A stretch of 64,000 bases of DNA. Origin: Octopus sinensis. Its lineage: Eukaryota. Within the stretch, counting starts at the first letter, position 1, and every line of letters starts with the position of its first letter. The stretch is taken from NCBI RefSeq assembly GCF_006345805.1, contig NC_043000.1, positions 66,526,001 through 66,590,000 of the forward strand, given 5' to 3'. The notes under the pieces are model-generated. The model was not told the DNA's origin and searched no databases. It worked only from the letters and a program-made list of their open reading frames with translations. The position numbers and the translations under genes are program-made. This document shows positions 60,995 through 64,000 of this stretch, one piece after another.

Positions 60995-61233
60995 CAATGG
61001 TTCTCAAATTGATAAAAAGCAGGCCTTCCCCCACCTCAAAACCAAGACATTTTTTGACTCCATTCTCTGTATTAATGCAAAGACAAAAGAATTTGCATCC
61101 ATATGGTTTTGCCTCTCTTTATCATGTGGTGTTGGATAAGTTTCAAAAGTTGAAAGTACAAATACACATAATTTCAACAAAAGTTAGATTACACAGAAAT
61201 CATCACTTCCCTCTGCCCCTTTGAGAAACACTG
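60995..61233. mobile_element. hAT-like MITE, old
   Basis: CAATGGTTCTCAA / TTGAGAAACACTG termini; no recognisable TSD. Confidence 0.5.
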
Positions 61234-62585
61234 GTTTATCCCCCTTGTGCTCAAGGAAATTTTTATGATACTAATAAAAAGTTGTTATGTTTCAATTGTA
61301 TCAAAATTAATGTTCATTTTTCATCAGTGGTGTTGATGGTGCCATTTCAATAATTTTATTTGCTTCAGAATGTACTTTTTAATTTGGTAATACGAAATGT
61401 AGTTGAAAAAATAGTGAAATAAAAATGTGCAGGGAAAATATGAGAATATACAACAGACATAGAATTAAATAAAAATTTACTTCCCATAAATATTGGGATA
61501 AAAACTAACCATATGTTATATTTAAAAACAATCTATGCATTGGTTCTGCTTTTCTGAGATCTAATAAAGTGAAAACATGTCCAGAGTTGTCAAAGAAGTT
61601 ATTAGATATTACTCGGCTGCTGCAAGTCTCTATTTACTTTTGAGGCAGTTGGAATTTTAGGAGTTTCCTCCCTTATCATTTTTATAATAGTTTTCATTAG
61701 CACAAATTACTTTTCTCCTCTTTATGGTTACAATTTCAGTTGACTAAACATTATATACAGCTCACCACATTAAGAATGTTAGCCTACATTTAATTATATT
61801 TTGCTTGGAGAAGCATATTAAAGAAAAAATCTATTTCTGCCATATTTCTATCTAATTTTTGAGTAGCTCCTAAATACTCAGTGATATTTATTGAGTGTAG
61901 TGTTGATCACTATTTGTTTACATGAATTCCTTCCTCTGTATTTTCATTTCACTGCTGTTGTCATCAGATATAGTAACATTTTGAGAGAGATAAACTTCAA
62001 AATTTGTCTCCAGAATGTTAGTATAACATTTGCAGTATTTCGTTTTCAAAAATGAGCTGCTTAAAATATCCATTCACATTAGCTTTTTATGACCGAAATA
62101 GTGTGCCAAAAGTCACTAATAACAATTACAAAAGGTTTTATTTTCATTCACCATGGAGAATGGATGTTAAATGATGATAATGATGCATTTGGAAGTGGGT
62201 TTAATTGAGCATGTTGCAACTAAGACCAGTAATTGGAGATGAATTTAGTTATAGTAAAATTGATTTAAAATGTTAGCAATATAAAATGTAGATAGAGGTA
62301 AATACATAAGGATATAGAATATGTCATGATATGCATTCCAACAAGAGTTGATAGGAATCTTTTAAGAGAATGGAGGAGACTCCCAGTGTCAAAAATAAAC
62401 AAAAAGAGGGATGACTTTTAATGATATATATTTGTATTCTGTGGATTTGGAGAAAATACTTGTGGTTTTGTAATTAATTTTTGAAATAGAATCATGGGAT
62501 ATTTTAACATATATTGGGAAAGTAAGAATTATCCCCCTTGTGTTAATTTTATACTTAGTAGTTGTTTTTGTTACTTTGTATTCAG

Positions 62586-62705
62586 TATTTCGAGAAAGTG
62601 GCTAAACATCGAGAATTGGAACAGCAGCTAGTAGATACGAAACTGAAGCAAGCAGCAATGCAGTTGGTTGAAGAAAGAGAAAAAAGTAAAAAAGAAAAGG
62701 AATTG
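62586..62705 (+). CDS. TXLN: Taxilin exon (YFEKVAKHRELEQQLVDTKLKQAAMQLVEEREKSKKEKEL); gene continues beyond the window
   Basis: ttcag| acceptor, TTG|gtgagt donor, 120 nt; matches the KHK.LQQQLVDAKLQQA motif. Confidence 0.95.
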
Positions 62706-62839
62706 GTGAGTAAATTTCTTTTCAGATTCCTATTTATAGTTTCAGTGTAAAGATTATTTCTTTAGATTGAAATTAAAAATGTACTTTTTGATCTCCTAAA
62801 GTTAGTCATATGTTCAAGTAATTAAGAACACACATCATT

Positions 62840-63420
62840 ATACTATGTAGATTGTGGCCTTGCTGGGCGCCATCATGAAGGGTTTAATCAAACAAATCGA
62901 CCTCAGTACATTTTTGTTATGCCTGATACTTATACGATCGATCTCTTTTCACCAAATTGCTAAATTATGGGGATGCAAACCGACCAACACCAATTATCAG
63001 GCAGTGGTAAAGAACAAACACATGCACATACACACACATATGACAAGCTTCTTTCAGTTTCCCTCTACCAAATCTACTCATAAGGCTTTGGTCAGTCTGG
63101 GCCTAATAGCAGAAGAGACTTGCCTGAAGTGCCATGCAGTGGGAGACTGAACCTGAAACCATGTGGCTGGGAAGCAAACTTTTTACCACACAACCATGAT
63201 TGCACTTCATCATCATCATCATCATTTAGTGTCCTTTGTCTATGCTGGCATGGGTTAGATGGTTTGACCAGGACTGGTAAGCTAAGGGGCTGCACCAAAC
63301 TCCGGTCTCATTTGGCATGGTTTCTATGGCTGGAAGCCCTTCTTAATGCCAACCACTCTGAGAATGTAATGAATGCCTTTACATGTCACTGGCATGGGTG
63401 CCAGTTGTGTGACACCAGTA
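62840..63420 (-). mobile_element. SINE family A (about 62840-63200) followed by an RTE tail fragment (about 63205-63420)
   Basis: Similarity to the copies listed above. Confidence 0.8.
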
Positions 63421-64000
63421 TCTGCCATGACTATGATTTCAAAAAATAAAAATCATAAATCTACTTAATCAAGGGTCACCTGGGCCTAAACAACAATAAA
63501 CAATCCAAATATTAAGGATCTCTTTACACACCACAACCATAATTACATGCTGATAAACATAGTTGCACTAATTCTGTGGGTTTGAGTCACCCAACTCCAT
63601 TAACTGCTCACCTATCCATCCAAATACATCCACACTGATGCTGCATACATTTATTCTCCCATACAAACATCCCCCCACCTCTCTCTCTTCTCTTGGTAGT
63701 GGTGGTTGTTGTGTTAGTTTGAAGTCACCCCTATCGAAGATGATCCATGATCAAAGACATTCCAGCTATGACAGTCAGGTCCTCATTCAGATGCAATGCA
63801 TCTTGGACTACATTAAAGAAGATGGTAAGGTGTGATCTGAATGAGATTTGGATGCTATTTCTACAGGTTTAAGCAGCTGTGTAGCAGGCCCTTAGTTGAG
63901 TTACTCTATTTTCGGTCAATGCCAATGCTATATGTCTTCATTGATTATTTTGTCTCCATGAACATCCTCATATTTTAGTATTTGATTAGAAAGTATCTGA

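Overview
AT-rich, repeat-dense animal genomic DNA, most likely an octopus. The inference rests on the SINE/RTE-LINE repertoire and microsatellite load, not on a database match. There are no prokaryotic features and no CRISPR. Two divergently oriented spliced genes are present. (1) A taxilin gene on the + strand has six phase-compatible coding exons (39703-62705) and runs off the right edge. Its first visible exon is an unusual 2206-bp acidic exon containing 4x53-aa plus 2x44-aa tandem repeats. (2) An unidentified small-exon gene on the - strand (exons 18720-18788, 16896-16936, 9755-9884, plus less certain terminal exons) is almost invisible in the ORF track. The rest is nested transposon debris: RTE, R4/Dong-type and L1/Tx1-type LINEs, three tRNA-derived SINE families, Chapaev, Tc1 (DD36E), mariner, Tigger, hAT, piggyBac and Merlin-like MITEs, a Helitron and several long fold-back elements. 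The most notable observations are a near-canonical type I hammerhead ribozyme at 11069-11149 with two further decayed hammerhead-like motifs, fold-back elements with telomere-repeat cores, a 35-copy 26-bp minisatellite grown from a LINE 3' tail, the repeat-built giant taxilin exon with an intronic partial duplicate, and the hidden minus-strand gene. All coordinates were read by eye; element boundaries are approximate unless a TIR or TSD is quoted.
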